This document shows positions 61,405-64,000 of a DNA stretch of 64,000 bases, piece after piece. The notes beneath the pieces are model-generated. The model did no database searches. It was given only the letters and a program-made list of their open reading frames with translations, and was not told the DNA's origin. The position numbers and the translations under genes were made by a program. This stretch comes from Thermoanaerobaculia bacterium (GTDB taxonomy: Bacteria; Acidobacteriota; Thermoanaerobaculia; Multivoradales; Multivoraceae). Each line of letters opens with the position of its first letter. Position 1 is the first letter of the stretch. The stretch is taken from positions 3,680,001 to 3,744,000 of the forward strand of contig OY762911.1 in NCBI GenBank assembly GCA_963666565.1, given 5' to 3'.

Positions 61405-63453
61405 TCACGGCAGCGCCAGCGCGACCAGCTTCGGCGTCGTCTTCTGAGCCGCCAGCGCCGCGATCTGCTCCTCGCTGAAGTTCAGGCCGGGATCCTCAGC
61501 GATTTCGCCGAGGTCGGCGAAGAACGAACCGCCTCCCACCGCGACGACGATGTACTGCCTGCCCTCCACCATGTAGGTGATGGGGTTCGCGTGCGGCGTG
61601 TCCGGCAGCGGCACATGGCCCAGCAGTTCCCCTGTCCCCTTGTCGAAGACGTTGAGGCGTGGCGAGTTGTCTTCGCCCCGTCCCCGCCGCTGGGTGACGA
61701 AGAGCAGCGACTTCGTGAGCAGAGGCGCTCCGCTGCCTCCGCCGAGCAGCGGCAGGTCGAGGCCGGCAAGAGCGGGGTGCTCCTTCGGGCCGTGGCCGTT
61801 CGGCGTCATCCAAATGTGCTCGCCGGTGTTCAGATCGATCGCGGTGATCCGGCCCCAGGGCGGCTTGACCAGCGGCAATCCTCCCGGGCTACCGGTGGGG
61901 GCGAAGAAGGAGCCGACGTAGTTCAGGTTCGAGCGCGCCGGGTCGGGCTTGCTCAGTGGATGGACGCTGATCGATGTCGACGACGGCACGTAGAGCACGC
62001 CGGTCTCCGGATCGGCCGCCGCACCCGGCCAGTTCGCCCCGCCGCCCGCGCTCGGCAGCATGAGAACGCCGCTGCCCGTGCTCGGCGGCGTGAAGAGCGG
62101 CCCCATGCGGAAGCCGGACGCGATCTCCTTCGCCTCGGCCAGCAGTTCCGGCGTCAGGTCGATCAGGTCTTCCTCGCTCACCCCCTGGCGGTCGAAGGCC
62201 GGCGGCTTCGTGGGAAACGGCTGGGTGGGCGACGCCCGCTCGCCGGGCACGTCGGACTCCGGCACCGGCCGTTCCTCGATCGGCCAGACCGCTTCCCCGG
62301 TCACCCGATCGAAGACGTAGGTGAACGCCTGCTTGGAGACCTGGGCCAGGGCCTTGATTTCGCGGCCGTCCACCACGATGTCGACGAGCTGCGGCGGCGT
62401 CGGGAAGTCGTAGTCCCACAGCCCGTGGTGAACCGCCTGGAAGTGCCACACCCGCTCGCCGGTGCCGGCGTCCAGGCAGACGATGCTCTCCGCGAACAGG
62501 TTGTCGCCCAGCCGGTGGCCGCCGTAGAAGTCGTTCGTCGGCGTCGATACCGGCAGGTAGACGTAGCCGAGCTCCTCGTCGACCGTCATCATGTTCCAGA
62601 CGTTCGTGTTGCCGCTGTACGTCCAGGAGTCGTTCTCCCAGGTATCGACTCCGTACTCCCCCTCCTGCGGGATGGTGTGGAAGAGCCACTTCAGTTCGCC
62701 GGTGCGCGCGTCGTAGCCGCGGACGTGGCCGGGCGGCGCGGCCTGCCGGATCGGCCCATCGCTGACAACGGAGCCGACCACCACCGTGTTGCCGACGACC
62801 GCCGGCGGCGAGCTGTGGGTGATGGCGCGCGGATTCACCCGGCGCCCGAAGTCCGCCATGCCCCGGTCGGCCAGCATGTCGACCTGGCCGCCCTCGCCGA
62901 AGCCGCCGACCGGTTCGCCGGTCAGCCCGTCGATCGCGATGAGGCGCCGGTCGTGGGTGGGCAGAAAGATGCGCGTCTCGCTCCGGCCGCGGCCGTCCCG
63001 TTCCACCGTCCCCCGCCAGGCGGCGACGCCTCGATGCTGGAAGCCGATGTTCGCCGGCCGGCCGGCGCGCCAGGATTCCGGATCGTAGGTCCAGAGCGTC
63101 TCGCCGGTGGCCGCGTCGATCGCCGCCGCCTGGGAGATCTCCGTGGCGACGTAGAGCACCCCGTCCAGCATGATCGGGATCGGCTTGAACTGCCCCGGCT
63201 TGACCGCGCGGTTCGCCTCGGCGACGGCGGTCGACGGGGACTCCCACTCCCAGGCGACGCGGAGGTCGCGGAAGTTCGAGCGGTCGATCTGGTCGAGAGC
63301 CGAGTACTTCGTGTTGTCGGGGCCGCTGCCGAAGGCCGGCCACTCGACCGTCTCCTCCCCGTCCCGAGCAGCGCCCGGCGTCGCCAGGAGCAGCGTCGCC
63401 GTCGCCGCGGCCGCCAGCGCAACCCGCCACCCGAAGCACCATTCCATCCGCAT
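61405..63453 (-). CDS. PQQ-dependent dehydrogenase (glucose/quinate family), secreted
   Basis: YSALDQI, HRGVA, WHFQAVHHGLWDYD, GGANWPG, PPWGRITAIDL; ATG after AGGAG. Confidence 0.9.
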   Translation of the reverse strand: MRMEWCFGWRVALAAAATATLLLATPGAARDGEETVEWPAFGSGPDNTKYSALDQIDRSNFRDLRVAWEWESPSTAVAEANRAVKPGQFKPIPIMLDGVLYVATEISQAAAIDAATGETLWTYDPESWRAGRPANIGFQHRGVAAWRGTVERDGRGRSETRIFLPTHDRRLIAIDGLTGEPVGGFGEGGQVDMLADRGMADFGRRVNPRAITHSSPPAVVGNTVVVGSVVSDGPIRQAAPPGHVRGYDARTGELKWLFHTIPQEGEYGVDTWENDSWTYSGNTNVWNMMTVDEELGYVYLPVSTPTNDFYGGHRLGDNLFAESIVCLDAGTGERVWHFQAVHHGLWDYDFPTPPQLVDIVVDGREIKALAQVSKQAFTYVFDRVTGEAVWPIEERPVPESDVPGERASPTQPFPTKPPAFDRQGVSEEDLIDLTPELLAEAKEIASGFRMGPLFTPPSTGSGVLMLPSAGGGANWPGAAADPETGVLYVPSSTSISVHPLSKPDPARSNLNYVGSFFAPTGSPGGLPLVKPPWGRITAIDLNTGEHIWMTPNGHGPKEHPALAGLDLPLLGGGSGAPLLTKSLLFVTQRRGRGEDNSPRLNVFDKGTGELLGHVPLPDTPHANPITYMVEGRQYIVVAVGGGSFFADLGEIAEDPGLNFSEEQIAALAAQKTTPKLVALALP

Positions 63454-63620
63454 CCGATACTCCTGTCTGGAGGTACCGGCAGAGCCTATCGTCCGCTCGC
63501 CGCCCGGCCCGCCGCGCACCTCCGCTCGCACCGCCCGAAACCGGGTTATCGTTGCGCCCGCAACGCAGCCAGAAGGCGACCACGGCGCCGCGAACTCCAC
63601 ACGAACTGTTGGGAGGCAAC

Positions 63621-64000
63621 ATGCCAGCACTCGACGGTCTGCGCATTCTCGACCTGACGCAGTACGAAGCCGGTACGTCCTGTACCCAGGCCCTGGCGTG
63701 GCTGGGCGCCGACGTGGTCAAGGTGGAGCGTCCAGGTACCGGCGATCCGGGACGCGGCCTCGCCGGCGGGCGGACAACGGACGACTCCGAGTACTTCCTC
63801 AACTGGAACAGCAACAAGCGGAGCGTCGCAATCAACCTCGCCTCGCCGGAGGGCCGCGACCTGCTGCTGAAGCTGGCGCCCCGCTTCGACATCCTGGTCG
63901 AGAACTTCGGGCCGGGTGTGGTCGAGAAGCTGCGCCTCGACTACGACTCGGTGCGCGAGGTCCATCCCGAGGTGATCTACGGCCGGATCAAGGGCTTCGG
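63621..64000 (+). CDS. Family III CoA-transferase (formyl-CoA transferase-like), partial
   Basis: MPALDGLRILDLTQYEAGTSCTQALAWLGADVVKVE..NSNKRS..ENFGPG; not in the ORF track. Confidence 0.9.
   Translation, partial: MPALDGLRILDLTQYEAGTSCTQALAWLGADVVKVERPGTGDPGRGLAGGRTTDDSEYFLNWNSNKRSVAINLASPEGRDLLLKLAPRFDILVENFGPGVVEKLRLDYDSVREVHPEVIYGRIKGF

Overview
High-GC bacterial window. The gene content (DUF1592/DUF1552/ankyrin triad, PQQ proteins, CaiB CoA-transferases, sulfatase) suggests an Acidobacteriota-like, possibly host-associated organism; this is inference only. About 45 genes or gene remnants; no rRNA, tRNA, CRISPR or IS element recognised. The most striking region is ~16-32 kb: two complete genes fusing an N-terminal GPP34/GOLPH3(Vps74)-like domain to a cytochrome P450 with a non-canonical I-helix, plus a 26-codon relic of a third. 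They cluster with two paralogous AcrB-type RND pumps lacking adaptor genes, a Neverland/KshA-type Rieske oxygenase, an FAD oxidoreductase and a duplicated dienelactone-hydrolase-like gene, giving a candidate undescribed membrane-lipid or sterol modification and export system. Other highlights: a 23-bp spacerless tandem array directly before an AAA_14/DUF4143 gene; an AibH1H2G-like amidohydrolase-fold oxygenase trio; a Tat-exported haloalkane dehalogenase; and many lesions (amber stop in a restriction endonuclease, frameshifted Type IIG/ISP-like RM gene, 5'-truncated antitoxin, frameshifted thioesterase, Ada lacking its Zn domain). All family assignments come from motif recognition by eye; no database searches were run.
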